A DNA stretch of 64,000 bases from a virus: positions 3,036 to 67,035 of IMG/VR virus record IMGVR_UViG_3300035670_000178; one strand, written 5' to 3'. A model generated the notes under the pieces. The model saw only the letters and a program-made list of their open reading frames with translations. It was not told the origin of the DNA and did no database searches. The translations under genes were made by a program, and so were the position numbers. Positions 9,623 through 18,866 of the stretch are shown in pieces. The first letter of the stretch is position 1; the number at the start of each line of letters is the position of its first letter.

Positions 9623-9883
9623 TCAACAATAGCTGCGATCCGCCCAGCAGCGGGCGGCCTCTTCTGTGAACCCACGCCCCACCAGCTCTCGAATTGCGGA
9701 GCCGTGAGTATTCCGCCCGAGAAAGGCGCATTCTTCGTCCATCTCTTTGAGCCAGCGGTCGATACCGTTGGCCTCGATTTCCCGACCGATTCTCCCGGAA
9801 CAGCCGTGGAATTTAATACTATCAGAAGGCCACTTCGTGGTAGCAAAACTGAGATCGTCTCTACGCGCTACGGAGATTATCAT
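9623..9883 (-). CDS. hypothetical protein
   Basis: GGAGG RBS, ATGA overlap. Confidence 0.45.
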   Translation of the reverse strand: MIISVARRDDLSFATTKWPSDSIKFHGCSGRIGREIEANGIDRWLKEMDEECAFLGRNTHGSAIRELVGRGFTEEAARCWADRSYC

Positions 9884-10086
9884 TTTTCTACCTCCTTTGC
9901 GATCTCAATGATCGCGTCGTTACCTTCATCACACAAAATAGTCGCCCAGTAGTCTTGGGTGCCGATTTGAACCTCCCGGCACGATCCGGCACTATGCCGC
10001 CGGGACACTTCAACAATCACGTGAGAGAACACACGGAATTCTTCCGCGTGAATTTCAAATGGCATGGAGTCAATGTACAGAATCAT
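9880..10086 (-). CDS. hypothetical protein
   Basis: Start MILYID after GAGGAG. Confidence 0.5.
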   Translation of the reverse strand: MILYIDSMPFEIHAEEFRVFSHVIVEVSRRHSAGSCREVQIGTQDYWATILCDEGNDAIIEIAKEVEK

Positions 10087-10177
10087 TGTGATTTCTCCTC
10101 GGGTGCAGTTCACCCGCGTTTCGGCGTAGCTATTACGCCATTCGACGATCCAATACCCCACACTTGGGTACCGGCCA

Positions 10178-10232
10178 TTCAGGACCCAATGTCCTGCACG
10201 GCGCTCTCGACTATCCGAGAGCGCCGGCCAGG
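10178..10232. repeat. twin-hairpin element, copy 2
   Basis: Same first hairpin; second stem CGGCGCTCTC/GAGAGCGCCG carries compensatory changes relative to copy 1. Confidence 0.85.
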
Positions 10233-10403
10233 GCATTAGAGCTTGTCCAAAGCCTCCAGGGCTTTGGTGTACCTATCTACCGACAGGTTAAATCCCCGAT
10301 CGGGGAATTCCCGGTCCATGGTGCGGGCATGGTCAAGCCCGGCCACAAGCGCCCGCATAAGATCGGGCTTCGAAAGTCCTAGAAAAATTTCCACGGTATT
10401 CTC

Positions 10404-10763
10404 CTATTGTCCACGTTTAACATTCCCCGCATGGGCGAGGAATTCCCCGCGGGCGATCGCTTCCTTACGTCGGCGAAGCTCGTACGGGTGCGAATCACTT
10501 TTGAAGGGAGTGTCATATTCCCGAGTTTTCCCCCTAGAAAGATCTTTATAGATCTGTCTCATTCTCAACTCCGCCCGCCGATTTTCCTCGCGTTTGATCG
10601 CGAGATTCCACCTTTTTTCCCACTTCCCGATCCCCGGAAGATGGAACGGGTCTATCCCCAAAGATAGCCCGTGCGCGAAAAATCCCCCGCAAAACAGTTC
10701 ATCCAGAATTTCCAGGGATTCCCCCGGAAATTCCCCCTTTAACTCTTTTAATTTCCCGATCAT
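10404..10763 (-). CDS. hypothetical basic early protein
   Basis: AGGAG RBS; 119 aa. Confidence 0.55.
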   Translation of the reverse strand: MIGKLKELKGEFPGESLEILDELFCGGFFAHGLSLGIDPFHLPGIGKWEKRWNLAIKREENRRAELRMRQIYKDLSRGKTREYDTPFKSDSHPYELRRRKEAIARGEFLAHAGNVKRGQ

Positions 10764-10838
10764 CGGCTTTCTCCTATGGGGATAAATTCCCCCTGATAAA
10801 AAATCCTTTAATTTCTTATCAGGAAAAACTTACACTTC

Positions 10839-10933
10839 ACGCGCACGCGCACGCCTGGGCGCACGCCTGGGCGCACGCCCGCCTGGGCGCACGCCCGCCT
10901 GGGCGCACGCCCGCCTGGGCGCACGCGCACGCG
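10839..10933. repeat. GC-rich tandem repeat (CGCACGCCTGGG / CGCACGCCCGCCTGGG)
   Basis: Five GCCTGGGCGCACGC units seen directly. Confidence 0.9.
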
Positions 10934-10937
10934 AGGC

Positions 10938-10977
10938 AAAAAAATGGCGCTAGGAAATTTTTTCCTAGCGCCATTTG
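10938..10977 (-). terminator. intrinsic terminator after the Ala-rich gene
   Basis: Stem AAATGGCGCTAGGAAA/TTTCCTAGCGCCATTT followed by a T-run on the minus strand, immediately after the stop at 10983. Confidence 0.8.
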
Positions 10978-10982
10978 GGTCG

Positions 10983-11858
10983 CTATTCCGCCGCCCGCTC
11001 CGCCGCATATCGCGCACGGAGGAAAGCCAGCTCATCCGCCTCCGCCGCCGCCTTCGCCTCCGCCGCCGCCGCCGCCTCCGCCGCCGCCGCCTTCGCCGCC
11101 GCCTTCGCCTCCTTCACATAGAATTCCACTTTTGGGTAAAAACTGGCGAAAGTATCATCATCCGCGAAGTGTTCTACCATTGGTGCACCATGGTCACGGT
11201 ATAGCGCGAGTATACGGTCCAATGGACCGCGGAGGCTATTGTATGCGTCGCCGCCTTTTGCCTTCTCCGTGGAAATTTGCATTTTCTCGCACACGGCTTG
11301 ACGGGCATGACGAATTTTTTCCGCTTCCTCTTTGCGAATGGACCGCCAAACAGCCCAAAGAAACAGAGCGGCGATGGCAGGCGCGATTTTATTCCGCCCC
11401 GACTTAATTTCCGCCTGCGCTGCGAAAATTGCCTCCGCCTCTGTCTTGAAATTGATACTCACTTCCGCCGCCTCCACCGCCCGGAAGGCGATGGCATAGG
11501 CTCTATTTTCTTCCGCCGCCGCCGCCTCCGCCGCCGCCGCCGCCGCCTTCGCCTTCGCCGCCGCCTTCGCCTTCGCCTTCGCCTCCGCCGCCGCCTTCGC
11601 CTTCGCCTTCGCCGCCGCCTCCTTCGCCGCCTTCGCCTCCGCCTTCGCCTTCGCCTTCGCCGCCGCCTCCGCCTCCGCCTTCGCCGCCTTCGCCTTCGCC
11701 GCCGCCTCCGCTCGTTCAAGACGGTTATTTTCCGCCTCCGCCGCCGCCTTCGCCTCCGCCGCCGCCTTCGCCGCCGCCTCCGCCTCCGCCTTCGCCGCCA
11801 GCATAGGTTTAGCGTTCTCGAATGCCTCTTTGAGTGTATTCATGGGGTATTTCTCCAT
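10983..11858 (-). CDS. Ala/Lys/Glu low-complexity helical protein, probably immediate-early
   Basis: AAAKAKA/AAAEA repeats coded almost only by GCG/AAG/GAG, flanking a globular core; has its own promoter and terminator. Confidence 0.75.
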   Translation of the reverse strand: MEKYPMNTLKEAFENAKPMLAAKAEAEAAAKAAAEAKAAAEAENNRLERAEAAAKAKAAKAEAEAAAKAKAKAEAKAAKEAAAKAKAKAAAEAKAKAKAAAKAKAAAAAAEAAAAEENRAYAIAFRAVEAAEVSINFKTEAEAIFAAQAEIKSGRNKIAPAIAALFLWAVWRSIRKEEAEKIRHARQAVCEKMQISTEKAKGGDAYNSLRGPLDRILALYRDHGAPMVEHFADDDTFASFYPKVEFYVKEAKAAAKAAAAEAAAAAEAKAAAEADELAFLRARYAAERAAE

Positions 11859-12070
11859 TTTGCACGTTGTGCAAATTTTGCGCTATTTTTGGGTACAGTT
11901 GACCAGTCCCAAAACTTAGCACGTTTAAGGTTTAGCGGTATTGATTCAACTATCAATCGAGTCCATCGCGCCTAGTTGGTATCACTCGTGCGCGATAGGC
12001 GCAGTCATGGCGAGGGCTAGGATTCAGGAACTCGGTTCAAGTGGTAACGGTGGATACTATCCACGTTCTA

Positions 12071-12099
12071 AGTCTAGCAGAAACGAGCCACCGTGTCAA
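12071..12099 (-). promoter_or_regulatory. sigma70-type promoter
   Basis: Minus strand TTGACA-N17-TAGACT with an A-rich tract upstream, pointing into the left arm. Confidence 0.7.
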
Positions 12100-12182
12100 G
12101 CCCCATGGCGCATTATTTTTCCGCCAGGGTACAGGGTCGTTTTTGAGAATGAATTATCAGCAACGGATCTTGCGCGCGATCC

Positions 12183-12420
12183 AACTGTACTACCAGTGTA
12201 GGGAAAATCTATACTATTGCGGCCTGGGAAAACTGTACTAGTATCGCAGGATCTTGGATGCCTTCGTCCCTCGTCCCTCGTCCCTCGTCCCTCGTCCCTC
12301 GTCCCTCGTCCCTCGTCCCTCGTCCCTCGTCCTTCGTCCCTCGTCCTTCGCCCTGGCTGGAACTGTACTACCAGTGTAGGGAAAATCTATATTATTGCGG
12401 CCTGGGAAAACTGTACTAGT
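12183..12420. repeat. 60-bp direct repeat pair (12183-12242, 12361-12420)
   Basis: AACTGTACTACCAGTGTAGGGAAAATCTATA(C/T)TATTGCGGCCTGGGAAAACTGTACTAGT, one mismatch. Confidence 0.95.
12264..12347. repeat. heptamer tandem array (TCGTCCC)x12
   Basis: 12 units counted, two of them TCGTCCT variants. Confidence 0.95.
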
Positions 12421-12489
12421 GTGGTAGTAGGGGAGGGTAGTAACTGTGTCACACCCATAGTACAGTGAACGCGCGGAATTTAATACCAT

Positions 12490-12546
12490 GACATTCCCCC
12501 CAAGACATTCCGGGATCAGACATTCCCCCAAGACATTCCGGGATCA
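12490..12546. repeat. tandem duplication of about 28 bp containing four GACATTCC boxes
   Basis: GACATTCCCCC(C)AAGACATTCCGGGATCA twice. Confidence 0.9.
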
Positions 12547-12573
12547 ACTAATTTACTAAGATCCAGATAGATC

Positions 12574-12608
12574 GGATAATATCTAGTTAAATAGTGTATT
12601 ATAGAGTA
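12574..12608 (+). promoter_or_regulatory. putative phage promoter of the morphogenesis operon
   Basis: GGATAAT-N11-TAGTGTATTATAGAGTA; the 17-mer recurs exactly at 62159-62175 on the minus strand. Confidence 0.65.
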
Positions 12609-13186
12609 TGAGGTACGAATTCGTTCGCGCAACGAGTGAGGACGATCGGTGCGCTAAGTCTAATTGTCCATATGAAAAAGTAGAGGGTGCCGACTACTGT
12701 CCTCGGCACGGTGCAAACAAACAGATCGAAAAGAAGGCTCGACTGATGAAATATCAATTTCAAAAAGAGCGAGTTCGAGCGTCTGTCGCACTATTGGCCG
12801 CCGATCCAGAGCGCTACCGACTGGACGAAGAGTTGGCGATCATGCGGCTCACTCTTCAGGACACGATCAATGCAATCACTACCGAATCTGATCGCGAGTA
12901 TGCGCTCATGCAGGCGAGCGACACGATTCGGAATCTAGTAGCAACAATCGAAAAGACATCTCAAACATGTCTTCAACAAAGCGTCAATCTCGGACTCCTC
13001 CTCACAAAAGAGGATCTCATGGAGCACATCCAGAAGATAGTAGACGTACTAGCCGAAGAGATAGAAGATGAAGAAACGCTACTCCGAATTGCCAACCGAA
13101 TCGATCGGGTCCTTAGTGGCTCAAGGGATTCGGGATCGAGCAACAACCAGTCCTTGCAATTGGACGGCCCAGTATCGACGGATTGA
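12608..13186 (+). CDS. putative terminase small subunit
   Basis: Directly upstream of TerL; N-terminal C-x4-C...C-x2-H zinc motif and helical body. Confidence 0.6.
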   Translation: MRYEFVRATSEDDRCAKSNCPYEKVEGADYCPRHGANKQIEKKARLMKYQFQKERVRASVALLAADPERYRLDEELAIMRLTLQDTINAITTESDREYALMQASDTIRNLVATIEKTSQTCLQQSVNLGLLLTKEDLMEHIQKIVDVLAEEIEDEETLLRIANRIDRVLSGSRDSGSSNNQSLQLDGPVSTD

Positions 13187-14744
13187 AGATCCGCGGGACA
13201 AGACTAAGGTAATCAACTGGAAGTTCGATCTACATCCTTGGACCAAGGAAATGACGAATAGTCAAGATCGACACTGGGTCGGCCAAAAAGCCGCGCAGAT
13301 GGGCTTCAGCGAAGTGCTGATGAATCTCGCGTTCTACATGGTAACTCAGAAGAAAACGGCGACGTTGTACGGCCTCCCATCGGAACGGCCCGACGCCCGT
13401 GACTTCTCTGCGACTCGCTTCGATCCGGCGATCCAACATTCGCCATATCTCAAATCGATGCTTTCAGCGTCCGTATCTAACAACTTCTTGAAGATGTTCG
13501 GCGGCATTCCACTGTACATCCGCGGCTCGCGTGGTACAGCATCCTTCCACTCCATTCCCGTGGGCTGCGTTCTGCTGGACGAAGTGGACAAGATGTCGGA
13601 AAAGGCCGTTCGTGAAGCTATCGAACGTCTGTCCGGCCAGATCGAATTCTGGCTTCGGCAAGCATCCACTCCGTCACTCCCAGGGGTGGGCATCAGCAAG
13701 ACATTCCAAACGTCGACCCAGGACTTCTACACATTCCAGTGTCCGGGTTGCTCACGATGGACCGAATTAGTATTTCCCGACTGCCTGGTAATCCCTACGG
13801 ATGATCCAAAAAGTCCAGCAATCAACAATTCATACATCAAGTGCAAAGACTGCGGTATTCACTTACGCCACGAAGAAAAGCCATCCTTCCTCTCGTCCGG
13901 GAAATGGGAACCCCGCTTCCGTGATCGTAACATCCGCGGTTTCAAAATTTCTCAGCTTTATTCTTGCACTTTGCACCCTGCTCGTCTGGCCGAGTCGTAT
14001 CTTAACTCTCTGACGAATCCGGCCGACGAGCAGGTGCTCTATAATTCTAAGTTGGGCGAAGATCACATCGTAGCCGGCGCCGCCGTGACCGAGGAACATA
14101 TTCACAACTGCATTCGTCCATTCAATATTCGATCCGCGGCCACATCACCCGTCGTCACGATGGGCGTCGACGTGGGCTCTTATCTTCACTTCAAGATAAT
14201 CGAATATCGTTTCCAGCCTAATGCAGTCGATCCGAATACAGACTCAGAGGCTAAGTTACTGTATTACGACAAGATCAAGAACACCGAACCGGGGTTCGGC
14301 AACTTGATGCCGATTGTTCAAGAATACAACCCGCTCGCCATCTGTATCGACGCAGCTCCGGAACGTATTTCTTCGGAGAAATTCGCCAAGTCATTGTTCG
14401 GCCGCGCGTTCACCGTGAACTACAATGATCATACGGACGGCAAGACTATTTCAGACACGGATTTCTTCAAATTGACCGTCAATCGTACGTACTGGATCGA
14501 TCAATATCTTGGACGTTACATGAACGGCACTATTCATATCCCTGTACAAATCAACGAAGAGTTCAGGGTCCACATGAAAAGTCTGAAGAAGTTCTACGAA
14601 AAAGATCGCTTCGGTGAGACGATCGGGCGCTACGTGAAAACAGAGGGCCGAACAGACTATGCTCACTGCGGTGTGTATTGCGAAATCGCACTGCGTAAGG
14701 CATATCAGTCCGGTCACCTCAGCAACTTGAGAGTGAAAGTATGA
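13068..14744 (+). CDS. terL: terminase large subunit, lambda gpA-like
   Basis: KAAQMGFSE, LLDEVDKM Walker B, ASTP, CPGC/CKDC zinc motif, MGVDVG nuclease motif. Confidence 0.92.
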   Translation: MKKRYSELPTESIGSLVAQGIRDRATTSPCNWTAQYRRIEDPRDKTKVINWKFDLHPWTKEMTNSQDRHWVGQKAAQMGFSEVLMNLAFYMVTQKKTATLYGLPSERPDARDFSATRFDPAIQHSPYLKSMLSASVSNNFLKMFGGIPLYIRGSRGTASFHSIPVGCVLLDEVDKMSEKAVREAIERLSGQIEFWLRQASTPSLPGVGISKTFQTSTQDFYTFQCPGCSRWTELVFPDCLVIPTDDPKSPAINNSYIKCKDCGIHLRHEEKPSFLSSGKWEPRFRDRNIRGFKISQLYSCTLHPARLAESYLNSLTNPADEQVLYNSKLGEDHIVAGAAVTEEHIHNCIRPFNIRSAATSPVVTMGVDVGSYLHFKIIEYRFQPNAVDPNTDSEAKLLYYDKIKNTEPGFGNLMPIVQEYNPLAICIDAAPERISSEKFAKSLFGRAFTVNYNDHTDGKTISDTDFFKLTVNRTYWIDQYLGRYMNGTIHIPVQINEEFRVHMKSLKKFYEKDRFGETIGRYVKTEGRTDYAHCGVYCEIALRKAYQSGHLSNLRVKV

Positions 14745-16363
14745 ATCCACATCCTAGTATCGACTCTGAGTTGATCGAGCGTTGGCGTCTCATCAAGAAC
14801 GGCGGCGACGACTTCATCGAAGAGTTTCTCACTGCCCGTGAGAAAGAGAATCCACTCTCTTTCGGCACGCGCCGCGCAATGACTTACGATCCGGCAACCG
14901 CGTCATCGGCCATCGACGACGTGGTCAACTCACTTTCCGCTCGCCTCGACGTGACTCGAACCGGCGGGTCTATGGAGTATCAGAATATCGTAGCCGGCAT
15001 GGACGGCGGCGTGGATCGAAACGGATCTTCAATGAACGATTTCCTTATCAAGGAAACGATTCCCGAACTCTGTTTCATGCAGAAAGTTTGTTGGGTCATC
15101 CACAACGTGACCGACGACGACGATGTTCGGCAAGTACCGCACATCGTTCAGCATCCGGTCGAACAGATCTACAACTGGGCTTACCGTGACGGCCGTCTAA
15201 CTGCTTTCGCTGTCAAGTTCCCGGCTGCCAAGATTGACGAAGAAACCGGCTTCATGACCGAAGAAGTCGAAGTCATCCGTGCTTTCAAACTAGTTGATGG
15301 CGGCGTAGAGACTTGGTTGCAGCTTGAAGATGACACGGAAATCGATCCACTGACTCTTGAAGAAGGGGATTCACGAACGACGCTGGAAATTGACGAAATT
15401 CCAGTTGTACTGTTCATGCTTCCCGTGGCTCTTCTGTCGAAAATCGACAAGATTCAGATCGCTGCGCTCAATCTCGAATCGGCTGACATCGAGTGGCTTC
15501 GAATCGCGAACATTACCTTGTACACAGAACAGGGTCACGCCAGCTTTCCTAGCTCTGCTCTCATCAAATCCGATGACGCCACCGAAACTGAAGACAGTTT
15601 CGAGGTCGTTCTTGGATCAGGCAGTGGCCGTAGGTATGCGCTCGGCACTGAACGTCCTGGCTTCATCTCTCCTCCTGCCGATCCGATCATGGCAAGCATG
15701 AAAAAGCAGGAGCAACTCGAAGCAAAAACAAAGAACATCTTGAAGACTACTATGTCTTCAATGTCTCTGGCCTCCGCGGAAAGCATCCAGCTGCTCGGGC
15801 AAGGCATGGAATCCGGCCTATTCGTGATCGGAACTGTCTTGAAGCTGGGCGAAGATGCGTTTGCTCGCATCTTTCATAAGTATCTCAACCGTGATTACGT
15901 TCCGGTTAACATAAGCTATCCGAAAAAGTACGAACTTCGGACTGAAGACGATCGGATTAACAAAGCCAAGAACCTCAAAGAAATCGCCAAGACAGTCGGA
16001 TCGAATACGGCTAAGAAATATTTGGAAATCGAAACAGTCAAGACTCTTCTCGACGGCAAAGTGCCATACGAAGAGATGGCAAACATAGAGCAAGAAATCT
16101 TGAACTCCGATTTCTGTATTTACGAACCGGATACAGTCCGTGATCTAGTTGAAGGTGGTATCATCAGTCGAGCCACAGGCGCGACGGCAATCGGTGCTCC
16201 TGAAGGAGATTCGAAGACTGCCGAAGAGGAACATATTCGTCGAATCCTTGCTGTGAAGGTAAGCCAGACCAGCGGGATGGGTGAAGTAGATCCAGATCCT
16301 GCATTCTCCGAAAAAGTAAAGAAGGAGGCGTCCGATGAAGTACGTGCTGTTGGAGGAAGCTGA
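14741..16363 (+). CDS. portal protein
   Basis: 540 aa directly after TerL; mainly a positional call. Confidence 0.8.
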   Translation: MNPHPSIDSELIERWRLIKNGGDDFIEEFLTAREKENPLSFGTRRAMTYDPATASSAIDDVVNSLSARLDVTRTGGSMEYQNIVAGMDGGVDRNGSSMNDFLIKETIPELCFMQKVCWVIHNVTDDDDVRQVPHIVQHPVEQIYNWAYRDGRLTAFAVKFPAAKIDEETGFMTEEVEVIRAFKLVDGGVETWLQLEDDTEIDPLTLEEGDSRTTLEIDEIPVVLFMLPVALLSKIDKIQIAALNLESADIEWLRIANITLYTEQGHASFPSSALIKSDDATETEDSFEVVLGSGSGRRYALGTERPGFISPPADPIMASMKKQEQLEAKTKNILKTTMSSMSLASAESIQLLGQGMESGLFVIGTVLKLGEDAFARIFHKYLNRDYVPVNISYPKKYELRTEDDRINKAKNLKEIAKTVGSNTAKKYLEIETVKTLLDGKVPYEEMANIEQEILNSDFCIYEPDTVRDLVEGGIISRATGATAIGAPEGDSKTAEEEHIRRILAVKVSQTSGMGEVDPDPAFSEKVKKEASDEVRAVGGS

Positions 16364-16769
16364 ACTTTATTTCGCATCCCGCATCGGATCTGATCCGTGG
16401 GATCAAGCTGCTGACATCCTAAAAGAAAAAGCTCTCAATCACGCTGAACGCAGTTTCGAACGTCTTGCGTATAAAGGTCTGGAAGTAACTGCTGGCTACA
16501 TATTTCCCAGGGACGAGCAAACGGAAATACCTGTTCGCTTCAAAGAAGCAGTCTACGAGGAGGCCCTTAGCCTTCTTAACGGTAACAGTAACGAACGAGA
16601 GCTATCAGACCTGCATGTTAGTTCCTCATCTGTCGCAGGGTTCAGCACTAATGTAGATGTAACAATTGAGCGACCTTGGATCGGTTGGGGTCTCACGTCT
16701 TCCGTGGCGTGGACTTTGATCGCTCCCTATCTGCTTGATACGAAAACATTCCGCATAGTGCCAGCTTAA
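16335..16769 (+). CDS. head-tail adaptor (DnaT-like/gp6-like)
   Basis: YV.LEEAELYF, FPRD...IP..FKEA.YE.AL and LIAPYL motifs. Confidence 0.75.
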   Translation: MKYVLLEEAELYFASRIGSDPWDQAADILKEKALNHAERSFERLAYKGLEVTAGYIFPRDEQTEIPVRFKEAVYEEALSLLNGNSNERELSDLHVSSSSVAGFSTNVDVTIERPWIGWGLTSSVAWTLIAPYLLDTKTFRIVPA

Positions 16770-16782
16770 AGGAAAGTTTGTA

Positions 16783-17511
16783 ATGCTTTATTTTGTATTC
16801 GGTTACGAAGGTGAAAACGACGACGTCGATCCGGTGGTTGAAGAGAAGAAATTCAGCCAGAAAGAAGTAAATGAGTTCAACAAGAAAGAACGCCTCCGCC
16901 GTGAAGCTGCTGAACAAGAACTTCAGCGGCAGAAAGATCTGATTGAGAAACTTCAAAATCAGCATCACATGACGGAAGCCGAAAAAGCTGAACTCGCTCA
17001 AAAGATCGATGAGTACGAAAAAGCCAAGATGACTGAAAAAGAACGGCTCGATCACGAACTCGCTAAGTTGCGTAAGCAAGCTGAAGAAGAGCGTAACACT
17101 CTTTCCAAGCAGCTCAACGAGATGAAGTCTAGCCGCGACAGTCTTATCATTACTCGCGCAATCAAAGAAGCTGCAATGGACGGCAAAGTAGTAGCCGCTG
17201 ATGGTACCGGCCATCAGGTGTGGGCTGTCCTTCGCCACTCCGCAGAAGTCAATGATGAAGGCGAGGTTGTTATTAAAGGGTTCGAGTATACCGAAGATGG
17301 GAAGTCCTTCACGGCTGACCTACCCGTTGGTGAAGCCATCGAAAAGATGAAAGCCAGCGACAAGTGGGTCAACTTCTGGAAGGATCCGAAAATCAAAGGC
17401 TTCCCCGATCCCTTCAATTCAGGTGGTGCGCCGGGCAACAAAGATCCAAAAGACTTCAAGACTTACCAGAAGCTCCGCCGCGAAGGCAAGCTCCCACATC
17501 AACGAGGGTAA
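16783..17511 (+). CDS. capsid scaffolding protein
   Basis: FSQKEVN motif, long coiled coil, Gly-rich C-terminus, directly before the capsid gene. Confidence 0.8.
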   Translation: MLYFVFGYEGENDDVDPVVEEKKFSQKEVNEFNKKERLRREAAEQELQRQKDLIEKLQNQHHMTEAEKAELAQKIDEYEKAKMTEKERLDHELAKLRKQAEEERNTLSKQLNEMKSSRDSLIITRAIKEAAMDGKVVAADGTGHQVWAVLRHSAEVNDEGEVVIKGFEYTEDGKSFTADLPVGEAIEKMKASDKWVNFWKDPKIKGFPDPFNSGGAPGNKDPKDFKTYQKLRREGKLPHQRG

Positions 17512-17517
17512 ACAGTT

Positions 17518-18861
17518 ATGTACTTTATTTTTGGTTACAACGACACGACTGCTTTCAACATCGATAAGATCGCCAACGAAGCTATGGCGATGTTCTTCGA
17601 GGAAGGCATCATTGCGAACTACGTAGCGACTGACTACGAGAACGAGTTCGCGTCTTGGGGCGATACTCTTCGCATCCCTTACCCGGCCGAGATGGATGCT
17701 GACCGTACGCCTGAAGGCACCGCGGCTGGCGTCACCGCTCTCGACAGCTCCTACCACGATCTCAAGCTGAATCAGCGTCTCACGCTCGGCTTCACGATCG
17801 GCACCCGTGAGCAGCAGCGTTCGTTCCAGAACCTTGCCGAAACTTATCTTCGTCCGACTATGCGCGGCTTGGCTAAGCTCCGTGACCGCGTCATTCAGGG
17901 TGAAGTCTACAAGTCTTACGGTAACACGGCTGGCGCTCTGGGCGCTGCCCTCACGTTCGACGACATCATCAATGCCGGCACGATCATGACCGAAAATCAC
18001 GTCCCGACAATGGGCCGTAACGCCATCGTCGGACCGCGCATGGGTGGCTACATCCGCAAAATGGATGAGTTCATCGCCAACGTGTCCAGCACGGACGACA
18101 CCGTCATCCGCACCGGTCTGATTGGCGACATCAACGGCTTCGCCGTCCACGAAACGTCCAGCTTCGTGACCGTCGCGCAGTCCACCCGCGTGACCGGTGC
18201 CGTCAACAGTGCGTCTATGGTTGCTGGTACGACTGCTGTCATTGTCGACAGTTTCAGCGCGGCGATCACTTCTGGCAGCTGGTGCACCATCGCTGGCGTG
18301 CCTTATCGCATCACGAGCACTGTTGGCGGCGCGACCCCGACCACGCTCAACATCGAAGGCGGCCTCCGTGATGATGTCGCCGATAATGCTGTGGTGTACG
18401 TCTACACTCCGTCCGTTGTTAACCACCCGACCGCCGGTAACTACGCTGCCGGTTACGAAGGTTGGATCGGCTGGGACGGCGCCGTTACGCCGAAGGTCGG
18501 CCAGGGCGTCACGTTCGGTACGGACGGTCTGCCCTACTCGATCGTCCGCATTGATGGCGGTAACATCCTGCTGAACCGCCCGCTTGACGTGGCTGTCAAC
18601 AACGATGCCTCCATCTTCCTGATGCCTGGTGGTAACTACGGTGTTGCTCTCTCGAAGAACTCCATCCAGATCGCCAATCGTCCTCTTGCCATTCCTGGCG
18701 AAGGCGAAGGTGTACGGGCTTCCGTCGTCGATGGCGGTGGCTGGTCGATCCGAGTCATGTCTGAGTACGACATGTACAAGGCTGAGACCACCTACATGTT
18801 CGACTTCATCATGGGCGCCAAGAGCCTTCAGCCGGCCCTCAACGTAATCTTCCTGGGATAA
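17518..18861 (+). CDS. major capsid protein (P22 coat-like, with inserted beta-rich domain)
   Basis: DYENEFASWGDTLRIP, GLIGDINGFAV, FDFIMGAK.L motifs; strongly biased codon usage. Confidence 0.85.
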   Translation: MYFIFGYNDTTAFNIDKIANEAMAMFFEEGIIANYVATDYENEFASWGDTLRIPYPAEMDADRTPEGTAAGVTALDSSYHDLKLNQRLTLGFTIGTREQQRSFQNLAETYLRPTMRGLAKLRDRVIQGEVYKSYGNTAGALGAALTFDDIINAGTIMTENHVPTMGRNAIVGPRMGGYIRKMDEFIANVSSTDDTVIRTGLIGDINGFAVHETSSFVTVAQSTRVTGAVNSASMVAGTTAVIVDSFSAAITSGSWCTIAGVPYRITSTVGGATPTTLNIEGGLRDDVADNAVVYVYTPSVVNHPTAGNYAAGYEGWIGWDGAVTPKVGQGVTFGTDGLPYSIVRIDGGNILLNRPLDVAVNNDASIFLMPGGNYGVALSKNSIQIANRPLAIPGEGEGVRASVVDGGGWSIRVMSEYDMYKAETTYMFDFIMGAKSLQPALNVIFLG

Positions 18862-18866
18862 TCGCT

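Noticed and set aside
9402-10232. Hammerhead or HDV-like ribozyme identity for the twin hairpins
   Set aside because: No CUGANGA/GAAA core and no nested pseudoknot found by eye on either strand
10944-11975. Poly-Arg ORFs (10944-11204 +, 11277-11975 +, 11459-11719 -)
   Set aside because: They are alternative-frame shadows of the GCG/AAG/GAG repeats in the Ala-rich gene, which has the promoter and terminator
12217-12531. ORFs with PSSLVPR or RDEGRGT repeats
   Set aside because: Translations of the heptamer array, with no convincing RBS
12183-12546. Possible CRISPR array
   Set aside because: Only two copies of each long repeat, no unique spacers of regular length, and no cas genes
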